Shown here in pieces: positions 39,701-52,700 of a DNA stretch of 53,024 nt. The position numbers and the translations under genes are program-made. The notes beneath the pieces are model-generated. The model was not told the origin of the DNA, did no database searches, and saw only the letters and a program-made list of their open reading frames with translations. The DNA comes from Utricularia gibba (taxonomy: Eukaryota; Plantae; Magnoliophyta), in contig NEEC01000254.1 of NCBI GenBank assembly GCA_002189035.1, positions 1 through 53,024 of the forward strand, written 5' to 3'. Numbering within the stretch: the stretch's first letter is position 1; every line of letters starts with the position of its first letter.

Positions 39701-42700
39701 AAGGCTTTCAACACGGAAGCTGACCGGCACGGAAGGGTTCGAAACGGTATGCCGGCGCAGCGTGACTCATCATTTCAGATATGATGCCGAACGGTGTGCG
39801 AGGCCACCATGAGGCTGCGGGTAGGAACACACCAGAGCTTGTTCAGAGATCGCCTCGAAAACCCATACTTCACGTCACCAATAAAACGCAGATTTTGCAA
39901 GCGAAAATCACAATCGCGTCGATTCTCGTGTTCCGAGTCGCATCGTCGCGAACGTGGTGGCCAATTTGTGGCACATCTGAAGGCTAATATAAGGCGATAA
40001 TTCGAGCTCTGATGCATCCTCGGACGAAGATGCTTTCAACACGGAAGCTGACCGGCACGGAAAGGGTTCGAAACGGTATGCCGGGCGCAGCGTGACTCAT
40101 CATTTCAAGATATCGACGAAATGCCGAACGGTGTGCGAGGCCACCATGAGGCTGCGGGTAGGAACACACCTAGAGCTTGTTCAGAGATCGCCTCGAAAAC
40201 CCATACTTCACATCACCCAATAAAACACAGATGTTTTGCAAGGCGAAAATCACAATCGCGTCGATTCTCGTGTTCCGAGTCGCATCGTCGCGAACGTGGT
40301 GGCCAATTTGTGGCACATCTGAAGGCTAATATAAGGCGATAATTCGAGCTCTGATGCATCCTCGGACGAAGAGCTTTCAACACGGAAGCTGACCGGCACG
40401 GAAAGGGGTTCGAAACGGTATGCCGGCGCAGCGTGACTCATCACGGTTTTCAGGATATCGAATACCGAACGGTGTGCGAGGCCACCATGAGGCTGCGGGT
40501 AGGGACACACCCAGAGCTTGTTCAGAGATCGCTCGAAAACCCATACTTCACGTCATCCAATAAAACGCAGATGTTTTGCAAGCGAAAATCACAATCGCGT
40601 CGATTCTCGTGTTCCGAGTCGCATCGTCGCGAACGTGGTGGCCAATTTGTGGCACATCTGAAGGCTAATATAAGGCGATAATTCGAGCTCTGATGCATCC
40701 TCGGACGAAGATGCTTTCAACACGGAAGCTGACCGGCACGGAAAGGGGTTCGAAACGGTATGCCGGGCGCAGCGTGACTCATCACGGTTTTCAGGATATA
40801 TACCGAACGGTGTGCGAGGCCACCATGAGGCTGCGGGTAGGGACACACCCAGAGCTTGTTCAGAGATCGCCTCGAAAACCCATACTTCACGTCATCCAAT
40901 AAAACGCAGATCTTTTGCAAGCGAAAATCACAATCGCGTCGATTCTCGTGTTCCGATCGTCGCGAACGTGGTGGCCAATTTGTGGCACATCTGAAGGCTA
41001 ATATAAGGCGATAATTCGAGCTCTGATGCATCCTCGGACGAAGATGCTTTCAACACGGAAGCTGACCGGCACGGAAGGGGTTCGAAACGGTATGCCGGCG
41101 CAGCGTGACTCATCACGGTTTTCAGGATATCCCGAAATACCGAACGGTGTGCGAGGCCACCATGAGGCTGCGGGTAGGACACACCAGAGCTTGTTCAGAG
41201 ATCGCCTCGAAAACCCATACTTCACGTCATCCAAAAAACGCAGATTTTTGCAAGCCGAAAATCACAATCGCGTCGATTCTCGTGTTCCGAACGCATCGTC
41301 GCGAACGTGGTGGCCAATTTGTGGCACATCTGAAGGCTAATATAAGGCGATAATTCGAGCTCTGATGCATCCTCGGACGAAATGCTTTCAACACGGAAGC
41401 TGACCGGCACGGAAAGGGTTCGAAACGGTATGCCGGGCGCAGCGTGACTCATCGATTTCAGATATATGCCGAACGGTGTGCGAGGCCACCATGAGGCTGC
41501 GGGTAGGACACACCAGAGCTTGTTCAGAGATCGCCTCGAAAACCCATACTTCACGTCACCCAATAAAACGCAGATGTTTGCAAGGCGAAAATCACAATCG
41601 CGTCGATTCTCGTGTTCCGAGTCGCATCGTCGCGAACGTGGTGGCCAATTTGTGGCACATCTGAAGGCTAAGATAAGGCGATAATTCGAGCTCTGATGCA
41701 TCCTCGGACGAAGAGCTTTCAACACGGAAGCTGACCGGCACGGAAAGGGGTTCGAAACGGTATGCCGGGCGCAGCGTGACTCATCACGTTTTCAGGATAT
41801 GGCCGAAATACCGAACGGTGTGCGAGGCCACCATGAGGCTGCGGGTAGGGACACACCCAGAGCTTGTTCAGAGATCGCCTCGAAAACCCATACTTCACGT
41901 CATCCAATAAAACGCAGATGTTTTGCAAGCGAAAATCACAATCGCGTCGATTCTCGTGTTCCGAGTCGCATCGTCGCGAACGTGGTGGCCAATTTGTGGC
42001 ACATCTGAAGGCTAATATAAGGCGATAATTCGAGCTCTGATGCATCCTCGGACGAAGGCTTTCAACACGGAAGCTGACCGGCACGGAAAGGGGTTCGAAA
42101 CGGTATGCCGGCGCAGCGTGACTCATCACGGTTTTCAGGATATCGAAATACCGAACGGTGTGCGAGGCCACCATGAGGCTGCGGTAGGGACACACCAGAG
42201 CTTGTTCAGAGATCGCTCGAAAACCCATACTTCACGTCATCCAATAAAACGCAGATCTTTTGCAAGCCGAAAATCACAATCGCGTCGATTCTCGTGTTCC
42301 GCATCGTCGCGAACGTGGTGGCCAATTTGTGGCACATCTGAAGGCTAATATAAGGCGATAATTCGAGCTCTGATGCATCCTCGGACGAAGAGCTTTCAAC
42401 ACGGAAGCTGACCGGCACGGAAGGTTCGAAACGGTATGCCGGGCGCAGCGTGACTCATCTTGATCTTCAAGATATCGACGAGATGCCGAACGGTGTGCGA
42501 GGCCACCATGAGGCTGCGGGTAGGACACACCAGAGCTTGTTCAGAGATCGCCTCGAAAACCCATACTTCACGTCACCCAATAAAACGCAGATGTTTTGCA
42601 AGGCGAAAATCACAATCGCGTCGATTCTCGTGTTCCGAGTCGCATCGTCGCGAACGTGGTGGCCAATTTGTGGCACATCTGAAGGCTAAGATAAGGCGAT

Positions 42701-44721
42701 AATTCGAGCTCTGATGCATCCTCGGACGAAGAGCTTTCAACACGGAAGCTGACCGGCACGGAAAGGGGTTCGAAACGGTATGCCGGCGCAGCGTGACTCA
42801 TCACTTTTCAGGATATGGCCGAAATACCGAACGGTGTGCGAGGCCACCATGAGGCTGCGGGTAGGACACACCCAGAGCTTGTTCAGAGATCGCCTCGAAA
42901 ACCCATACTTCACGTCATCCAATAAAACGCAGATGTTTTGCAAGGCGAAAATCAATCGCGTCGATTCTCGTGTTCCGAGTCGCATCGTCGCGAACGTGGT
43001 GGCCAATTTGTGGCACATCTAAAGGCTAAGATAAGCGATAATTCGAGCTTTGATGCATCCTCGGACGAAGAAGCTTTCAACACGGAAGCTGACCGGCACG
43101 GAAAGGGTTCGAAACGGGCGCAGCGTGACTCATCACGGTTTTCAGGATATCGAAATACCGAACGGTGTGCGAGGCCACCATGAGGCTGCGGGTAGGACAC
43201 ACCAGAGCTTGTTCAGAGATCGCCTCGAAAACCCATACTTCACGTCATCCAATAAAACGCAGATTTTTGCAAGCGAAAATCACAATCGCGTCGATTCTCG
43301 TGTTCCGAGTCGCATCGTCGCGAACGTGGTGGCCAATTTTGGCACATCTGAAGGCTAATATAAGGCGATAATTCGAGCTCTGATGCATCCTCGGACGAAG
43401 ATGCTTTCAACACGGAAGCTGACCGGCACGGAAAGGGGTTCGAAACGGTATGCCGGCGCAGCGTGACTCATCACGGTTTTCAGGATATACCGAACGGTGT
43501 GCGAGGCCACCATGAGGCTGCGGGTAGGGACACACCCAGAGCTTGTTCAGAGATCGCCTCGAAAACCCATACTTCACGTCATCCAATAAAACGCAGATGT
43601 TTTGCAAGGCGAAAATCACAATCGCGTCGATTCTCGTGTTCCGAGTCGCATCGTCGCGAACGTGGTGGCCAATTTGTGGCACATCTGAAGGCTAATATAA
43701 GGCGATAATTCGAGCTCTGATGCATCCTCGGACGAAGATGCTTTCAACACGGAAGCTGACCGGCACGGAAGGGGTTCGAAACGGTATGCCGGCGCAGCGT
43801 GACTCATCACGGTTTTCAGGATATCCCGAATACCGAACGGTGTGCGAGGCCACCATGAGGCTGCGGGTAGGACACACCCAGAGCTTGTTCAGAGATCGCT
43901 CGAAAACCCATACTTCACGTCATCCAATAAAACGCAGATGTTTTGCAAGCGAAAATCACAATCGCGTCGATTCTCGTGTTCCGAGTCGCATCGTCGCGAA
44001 CGTGGTGGCCAATTTGTGGCACATCTGAAGGCTAATATAAGGCGATAATTCGAGCTCTGATGCATCCTTGCTTTCAACACGGAAGCTGACCGGCACGGAA
44101 AGGGGTTCGAAACGGTATGCCGGGCGCAGCGTGACTCATCTTTCAAGATATCGAAATGCCGAACGGTGTGCGAGGCCACCATGAGGCTGCGGGTAGGAAC
44201 ACACCAGAGCTTGTTCAGAGATCGCCTCGAAAACCCATACTTCACGTCACCCAATAAAACGCAGATGTTTTGCAAGGAAAATCACAATCGCGTCGATTCT
44301 CGTGTTCCGAGTCGCATCGTCGCGAACGTGGTGGCCAATTTTGTGGCACATCTGAAGGCTAATATAAGGCGATAATTCGAGCTTGATGCATCCTCGGACG
44401 AAGATGCTTTCAACACGGAAGCTGACCGGCACGGAAAGGGGTTCGAAACGGTATGCCGCGCAGCGTGACTCATCACGGTTTTCAGGATATGGCCGAAATA
44501 CCGAACGGTGTGCGAGGCCACCATGAGGCTGCGGGTAGGGACACACCCAGAGCTTGTTCAGAGATCGCATCGAAAACCCATACTTCACGTCATCCAATAA
44601 AACGCAGATCTTTTGCAAGCGAAAATCACAATCGCGTCGATTCTCGTGTTCCGAGTCGCATCGTCGCGAACGTGGTGGCCAATTTGTGGCACATCTGAAG
44701 GCTAATATAAGGCGATAATTC

Positions 44722-46772
44722 GAGCTCTGATGCATCCTCGGACGAAGATGCTTTCAACACGGAAGCTGACCGGCACGGAAAGGGGTTCGAAACGGTATGC
44801 CGGGCGCAGCGTGACTCATCTTGATCTTCAAGATATCGACGAATGCCGAACGGTGTGCGAGGCCACCATGAGGCTGCGGGTAGGACACACCAGAGCTTGT
44901 TCAGAGATCGCCTCGAAAACCCATACTTCACGTCACCCAATAAAACACAGATGTTTTGCAAGGCGAAAATCACAATCGCGTCGATTCTCGTGTTCCGAGT
45001 CGCATCGTCGCGAACGTGGTGGCCAATTTGTGGCACATCTGAAGGCTAAGATAAGGCGATAATTCGAGCTCTGATGCATCCTCGGACGAAGAGCTTTCAA
45101 CACGGAAGCTGACCGGCACGGAAAGGGGTTCGAAACGGTATGCCGGGCGCAGCGTGACTCATCACGGTTTTCAGGATATGGCCGAAATACCGAACGGTGT
45201 GCGAGGCCACCATGAGGCTGCGGGTAGGGACACACCAGAGCTTGTTCAGAGATCGCCTCGAAAACCCATACTTCACGTCATCCAATAAAACGCAGATGTT
45301 TTGCAAGGCGAAAATCACAATCGCGTCGATTCTCGTGTTCCGAGTCGCATCGTCGCGAACGTGGTGGCCAATTTGTGGCACATCTGAAGGCTAAATAAGG
45401 CGATAATTCGAGCTCTGATGCATCCTCGGACGAAGAAGCTTTCAACACGGAAGCTGACCGGCACGGAAAGGGGTTCGAAACGGTATGCCGGGCGCAGCGT
45501 GACTCATCACGGTTTTCAGGATATGGCCGAAATACCGAACGGTGTGCGAGGCCATGAGGCTGCGGGTAGGACACACAGAGCTTGTTCAGAGATCGCTCGA
45601 AAACCCATACTTCACGTCATCCAATAAAACGCAGATTTTTGCAAGCGAAAATCACAATCGCGTCGATTCTCGTGTTCCGAGTCGCATCGTCGCGAACGTG
45701 GTGGCCAATTTGTGGCACATCTGAAGGCTAATATAAGGCGATAATTCGAGCTCTGATGCATCCTCGGACGAAGATGCTTTCAACACGGAAGCTGACCGGC
45801 ACGGAAAGGGGTTCGAAACGGTATGCCGGGCGCAGCGTGACTCATCCTTCAAGATATCGCCGAATGCCGAACGGTGTGCGAGGCCACCATGAGGCTGCGG
45901 GTAGGAACACACCAGAGCTTGTTCAGATCGCCTCGAAAACCCATACTTCACATCACCAATAAAACACATGTTTTGCAAGGCGAAAATCACAATCGCGTCG
46001 ATTCTCGTGTTCCGAGTCGCATCGTCGCGAACGTGGTGGCCAATTTGTGGCACATCTGAAGGCTAAGATAAGGCGATAATTCGAGCTTTGATGCATCCTC
46101 GGACGAAGAGCTTTCAACACGGAAGCTGACCGGCACGGAAAGGGGTTCGAAACGGTATGCCGGGCGCAGCGTGACTCATCACGGTTTTCAGGATATGGCC
46201 GAAATACCGAACGGTGTGCGAGGCCACCATGAGGCTGCGGGTAGGGACACACCCAGAGCTTGTTCAGAGATCGCCTCGAAAACCCATACTTCACGTCATC
46301 CAATAAAACGCAGATGTTTTGCAAGGCGAAAATCACAATCGCGTCGATTCTCGTGTTCCGAGTCGCATCGTCGCGAACGTGGTGGCCAATTTGTGGCACA
46401 TCTGAAGGCTAAGATAAGGCGATAATTCGAGCTCTGATGCATCCTCGGACGAAGAAGCTTTCAACACGGAAGCTGACCGGCACGGAAAGGGGTTCGAAAC
46501 GGTATGCCGGGCGCAGCGTGACTCATCACGGTTTTCAGGATATGGCCGAAATACCGAACGGTGTGCGAGGCCACCATGAGGCTGCGGGTAGGACACACCT
46601 AGAGCTTGTTCAGAGATCGCCTCGAAAACCCATACTTCACGTCATCCAATAAAACGCAGATCTTTTGCAAGCGAAAATCACAATCGCGTCGATTCTCGTG
46701 TTCCGAGTCGCATCGTCGCGAACGTGTGGCCAATTTGTGGCACATCTGAAGGCTAATATAAGGCGATAATTC
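44722..46772 (+). repeat. Trimeric higher-order repeat B-C-C', two consecutive copies (1026 and 1025 bp)
   Basis: Units start 44722 B, 45066 C, 45410 C', 45748 B, 46083 C, 46429 C'. In both copies the taaGata allele (gapped once, near 45393) ends the B and first C unit, gatatGgcc marks both C units, and gaagaAgc opens C'. Confidence 0.65.
46083..46428 (+). repeat. Representative monomer, subfamily C (A-left/B-right backbone with private alleles)
   Basis: It carries gatatGgccg, A-type acggttttcagg, gggacacacccag and gtcaTcc, B-type gcCtcg, gatGt, aagGcg and gaGTcG, and ends in ctaaGataagg. Similar units start at 41688, 42706 and 45066, and near 48.1 and 48.8 kb. Confidence 0.7.
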
Positions 46773-49700
46773 GAGCTCTGATGCATCCTCGGACGAAGAT
46801 GCTTTCAACACGGAAGCTGACCGGCACGGAAAGGGGTTCGAAACGGTATGCCGGGCGCAGCGTGACTCATCTGATTTCAAGATATCCGAGATGCCGAACG
46901 GTGTGCGAGGCCACCATGAGGCTGCGGGTAGGACACACCCAGAGCTTGTTCAGAGATCGCCTCGAAACCCATACTTCACGTCATCCAATAAAACGCAGAT
47001 GTTTTGCAAGCGAAAATCACAATCGCGTCGATTCTCGTGTTCCGAGTCGCATCGTCGCGAACGTGGTGGCCAATTTGTGGCACATCTGAAGGCTAATATA
47101 AGGCGATAATTCGAGCTCTGATGCATCCTCGGACGAAGATGCTTTCAACACGGAAGCTGACCGGCACGGAAAGGGGTTCGAAACGGTATGCCGGCGCAGC
47201 GTGACTCATCACGGTTTTCAGGATATCCCGAAATACCGAACGGTGTGCGAGGCCACCATGAGGCTGCGGGTAGGGACACACCCAGAGCTTGTTCAGAGAT
47301 CGCTCGAAAACCCATACTTCACGTCATCCAATAAAACGCAGATTTTTGCAAGCGAAAATCACAATCGCGTCGATTCTCGTGTTCCGATCGTCGCGAACGT
47401 GGTGGCCAATTTGTGGCACATCTGAAGGCTAATATAAGGCGATAATTCGAGCTCTGATGCATCCTCGGACGAAGATGCTTTCAACACGGAAGCTGACGGA
47501 CGGGGGTTCGAAACGGTATGCCGGGCGCAGCTGACTCATCATTTCAGATATGAAATACCGAACGGTGTGCGAGGCCACCATGAGGCTGCGGGTAGGACAC
47601 ACCAGAGCTTGTTCAGAGATCGCCTCGAAAACCCATACTTCACGTCACCCAATAAAACGCAGATGTTTTGCAAGGCGAAAATCACAATCGCGTCGATTCT
47701 CGTGTTCCGAGTCGCATCGTCGCGAACGTGGTGGCCAATTTGTGGCACATCTGAAGGCTAAATAAGGCGATAATTCGAGCTTGATGCATCCTCGGACGAA
47801 GATGCTTTCAACACGGAAGCTGACCGGCACGGAAAGGGTTCGAAACGGTATGCCGGGCGCAGCGTGACTCATCACGGTTTTCAGGATATCGCCGAATACC
47901 GAACGGTGTGCGAGGCCACCATGAGGCTGCGGTAGGGACACACCCAGAGCTTGTTCAGAGATCGCCTCGAAAACCCATACTTCACGTCATCCAATAAAAC
48001 GCAGATGTTTTGCAAGGCGAAAATCACAATCGCGTCGATTCTCGTGTTCCGAGTCGCATCGTCGCGAACGTGGTGGCCAATTTGTGGCACATCTGAAGGC
48101 TAAGATAAGGCGATAATTCGAGCTCTGATGCATCCTCGGACGAAGAAGCTTTCAACACGGAAGCTGACCGGCACGGAAAGGGGTTCGAAACGGTATGCCG
48201 CGCAGCGTGACTCATCACGGTTTTCAGGATATGGCCGAAATACCGAACGGTGTGCGAGGCCACCATGAGGCTGCGGGTAGGACACACCCAGAGCTTGTTC
48301 AGAGATCGCCTCGAAAACCCATACTTCACGTCATCCAATAAAACGCAGATCTTTTGCAAGCCGAAAATCACAATCGCGTCGATTCTCGTGTTCCGAAACG
48401 CATCGTCGCGAACGTGGTGGCCAATTTGTGGCACATCTGAAGGCTAATATAAGGCGATAATTCGAGCTCTGATGCATCCTCGGACGAAGATGCTTTCAAC
48501 ACGGAAGCTGACCGGCACGGAAAGGGGTTCGAAACGGTATGCCGGGGCGCAGCGTGACTCATCTTGATTTCAGATATCGACGAGATACCGAACGGTGTGC
48601 GAGGCCACCATGAGGCTGCGGGTAGGACACACCAGAGCTTGTTCAGAGATCGCCTCGAAAACCCATACTTCACGTCACCCAATAAAACGCAGATGTTTTG
48701 CAAGGCGAAAATCACAATCGCGTCGATTCTCGTGTTCCGAGTCGCATCGTCGCGAACGTGGTGGCCAATTTGTGGCACATCTGAAGGCTAATATAAGGCG
48801 ATAATTCGAGCTCTGATGCATCCTCGGACGAAGAGCTTTCAACACGGAAGCTGACCGGCACGGAAAGGGGTTCGAAACGGTATGCCGAGCGCAGCGTGAC
48901 TCATCACGGTTTTCAGGATATGGCCGAAATACCGAACGGTGTGCGAGGCCACCATGAGGCTGCGGGTAGGGACACACCCAGAGCTTGTTCAGAGATCGCC
49001 TCGAAAACCCATACTTCACGTCATCCAATAAAACGCAGATGTTTTGCAAGGCGAAAATCACAATCGCGTCGATTCTCGTGTTCCGAGTCGCATCGTCGCG
49101 AACGTGGTGGCCAATTTGTGGCACATCTGAAGGCTAATATAAGGCGATAATTCGAGCTCTGATGCATCCTCGGACGAAGATGCTTTCAACACGGAAGCTG
49201 ACCGGCACGGAAAGGGGTTCGAAACGGTATGCCGGCGCAGCGTGACTCATCACGGTTTTCAGGATATCACGAATACCGAACGGTGTGCGAGGCCACCATG
49301 AGGCTGCGGGTAGGGACACACCCAGAGCTTGTTCAGAGATCGCTCGAAAACCCATACTTCACGTCATCCAATAAAACGCAGATGTTTTGCAAGCGAAAAT
49401 CACAATCGCGTCGATTCTCGTGTTCCGAAACGCATCGTCGCGAACGTGGTGGCCAATTTGTGGCACATCTGAAGGCTAATATAAGGCGATAATTCGAGCT
49501 CTGATGCATCCTCGGACGAAGAGCTTTCAACACGGAAGCTGACCGGCACGGAAAGGGGTTCGAAACGGTATGCCGGGCGCAGCGTGACTCATCACGGTTT
49601 TCAGATATCGCCGAAAATACCGAACGGTGTGCGAGGCCACCATGAGGCTGCGGGTAGGACACACCCAGAGCTTGTTCAGAGATCGCCTCGAAAACCCATA

Positions 49701-52700
49701 CTTCACGTCATCCAATAAAACGCAGATCTTTTGCAAGCGAAAATCACAATCGCGTCGATTCTCGTGTTCCGCATCGTCGCGAACGTGGTGGCCAATTTGT
49801 GGCACATCTGAAGGCTAAGATAAGGCGATAATTCGAGCTCTGATGCATCCTCGGACGAAGAAGCTTTCAACACGGAAGCTGACCGGCACGGAAGGGTTCG
49901 AAACGGTATGCCGGGCGCAGCGTGACTCATCATTTCAAGATATCGACGAATGCCGAACGGTGTGCGAGGCCACCATGAGGCTGCGGGTAGGACACACCAG
50001 AGCTTGTTCAGAGATCGCCTCGAAAACCCATACTTCACGTCATCCAATAAAACGCAGATGTTTTGCAAGGCGAAAATCACAATCGCGTCGATTCTCGTGT
50101 TCCGAGTCGCATCGTCGCGAACGTGGTGGCCAATTTGTGGCACATCTGAAGGCTAATATAAGGCGATAATTCGAGCTCTGATGCATCCTCGGACGAAGAT
50201 GCTTTCAACACGGAAGCTGACCGGCACGGAAAGGGGTTCGAAACGGTATGCCGGGCGCAGCGTGACTCATCTTGATTTCAAGATATCGACGAATGCCGAA
50301 CGGTGTGCGAGGCCACCATGAGGCTGCGGGTAGGGACACACCAGAGCTTGTTCAGAGATCGCCTCGAAAACCCATACTTCACGTCACCCAATAAAACGCA
50401 GATGTTTTGCAAGGCGAAAATCACAATCGCGTCGATTCTCGTGTTCCGAGTCGCATCGTCGCGAACGTGGTGGCCAATTTGTGGCACATCTGAAGGCTAA
50501 GATAAGGCGATAATTCGAGCTCTGATGCATCCTCGGACGAAGATGCTTTCAACACGGAAGCTGACCGGCACGGAAAGGGTTCGAAACGGTATGCCGGCGC
50601 AGCGTGACTCATCACGGTTTTCAGGATATCCCGAATACCGAACGGTGTGCGAGGCCACCATGAGGCTGCGGTAGGGACACACCAGAGCTTGTTCAGAGAT
50701 CGCTCGAAAACCCATACTTCACGTCATCCAATAAAACGCAGATGTTTTGCAAGCCGAAAATCACAATCGCGTCGATTCTCGTGTTCCGAGTCGCATCGTC
50801 GCGAACGTGGTGGCCAATTTGTGGCACATCTGAAGGCTAATATAAGGCGATAATTCGAGCTCTGATGCATCCTCGGACGAAGATGCTTTCAACACGGAAG
50901 CTGACCGGCACGGAAAGGGGTTCGAAACGGTATGCCGGGCGCAGCGTGACTCATCACGATTTCAAGATATCGCCGAAATGCCGAACGGTGTGCGAGGCCA
51001 CCATGAGGCTGCGGGTAGGACACACCCAGAGCTTGTTCAGAGATCGCCTCGAAAACCCATACTTCACGTCACCCAATAAAACGCAGATGTTTTGCAAGGC
51101 GAAAATCACAATCGCGTCGATTCTCGTGTTCCGAGTCGCATCGTCGCGAACGTGGTGGCCAATTTGTGGCACATCTGAAGGCTATATAAGGCGATAATTC
51201 GAGCTCTGATGCATCCTCGGACGAAGATGCTTTCAACACGGAAGCTGACCGGCACGGAAAGGGGTTCGAAACGGTATGCCGGCGCAGCGTGACTCATCAC
51301 GGTTTTCAGGATATCGAACGGTGTGCGAGGCCACCATGAGGCTGCGGGTAGGGACACACCAGAGCTTGTTCAGAGATCGCCTCGAAAACCCATACTTCAC
51401 GTCATCCAATAAAACGCAGATGTTTTGCAAGGCGAAAATCACAATCGCGTCGATTCTCGTGTTCCGAGTCGCATCGTCGCGAACGTGGTGGCCAATTTGT
51501 GGCACATCTGAAGGCTAATATAAGGCGATAATTCGAGCTCTGATGCATCCTCGGACGAAGATGCTTTCAACACGGAAGCTGACCGGCACGGAAAGGGGTT
51601 CGAAACGGTATGCCGGCGCAGCGTGACTCATCACGGTTTTCAGGATATCGCCGAATACCGAACGGTGTGCGAGGCCACCATGAGGCTGCGGGTAGGGGAC
51701 ACACCAGAGCTTGTTCAGAGATCGCTCGAAAACCCATACTTCACGTCATCCAATAAAACGCAGATCTTTTGCAAGCCGAAAATCACAATCGCGTCGATTC
51801 TCGTGTTCCGAGTCGCATCGTCGCGAACGTGGTGGCCAATTTGTGGCACATCTGAAGGCTAATATAAGGCGATAATTCGAGCTCTGATGCATCCTCGGAC
51901 GAAGATGCTTTCAACACGGAAGCTGACCGGCACGGAAAGGGGTTCGAAACGGTATGCCGGGCGCAGCGTGACTCATCACGGTTTCAGATATCCGAAATAC
52001 CGAACGGTGTGCGAGGCCACCATGAGGCTGCGGGTAGGAACACACCTAGAGCTTGTTCAGAGATCGCCTCGAAAACCCATACTTCACGTCATCCAATAAA
52101 ACGCAGATGTTTTGCAAGGCGAAAATCACAATCGCGTCGATTCTCGTGTTCCGAGTCGCATCGTCGCGAACGTGGTGGCCAATTTGTGGCACATCTGAAG
52201 GCTAATATAAGGCGATAATTCGAGCTCTGATGCATCCTCGGACGAAGATGCTTTCAACACGGAAGCTGACCGGCACGGAAAGGGGTTCGAAACGGTATGC
52301 CGGCGCAGCGTGACTCATCACGGTTTTCAAGATATCGACGAAATACCGAACGGTGTGCGAGGCCACCATGAGGCTGCGGGTAGGGGACACACCCAGAGCT
52401 TGTTCAGAGATCGCCTCGAAAACCCATACTTCACGTCATCCAATAAAACGCAGATCTTTTGCAAGCGAAAATCACAATCGCGTCGATTCTCGTGTTCCGA
52501 AACTCATCGTCGCGAACGTGGTGGCCAATTTGTGGCACATCTGAAGGCTAATATAAGGCGATAATTCGAGCTCTGATGCATCCTCGGACGAAGATGCTTT
52601 CAACACGGAAGCTGACCGGCACGGAAAGGGTTCGAAACGGTATGCCGGCGCAGCGTGACTCATCACGGTTTTCAGATATCCCGAATACCGAACGGTGTGC

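Noticed and set aside
44061-44075. 10-bp deletion (cggacgaaga) in one monomer
   Set aside because: It is a singleton in deletion-prone sequence and cannot be distinguished from consensus error.
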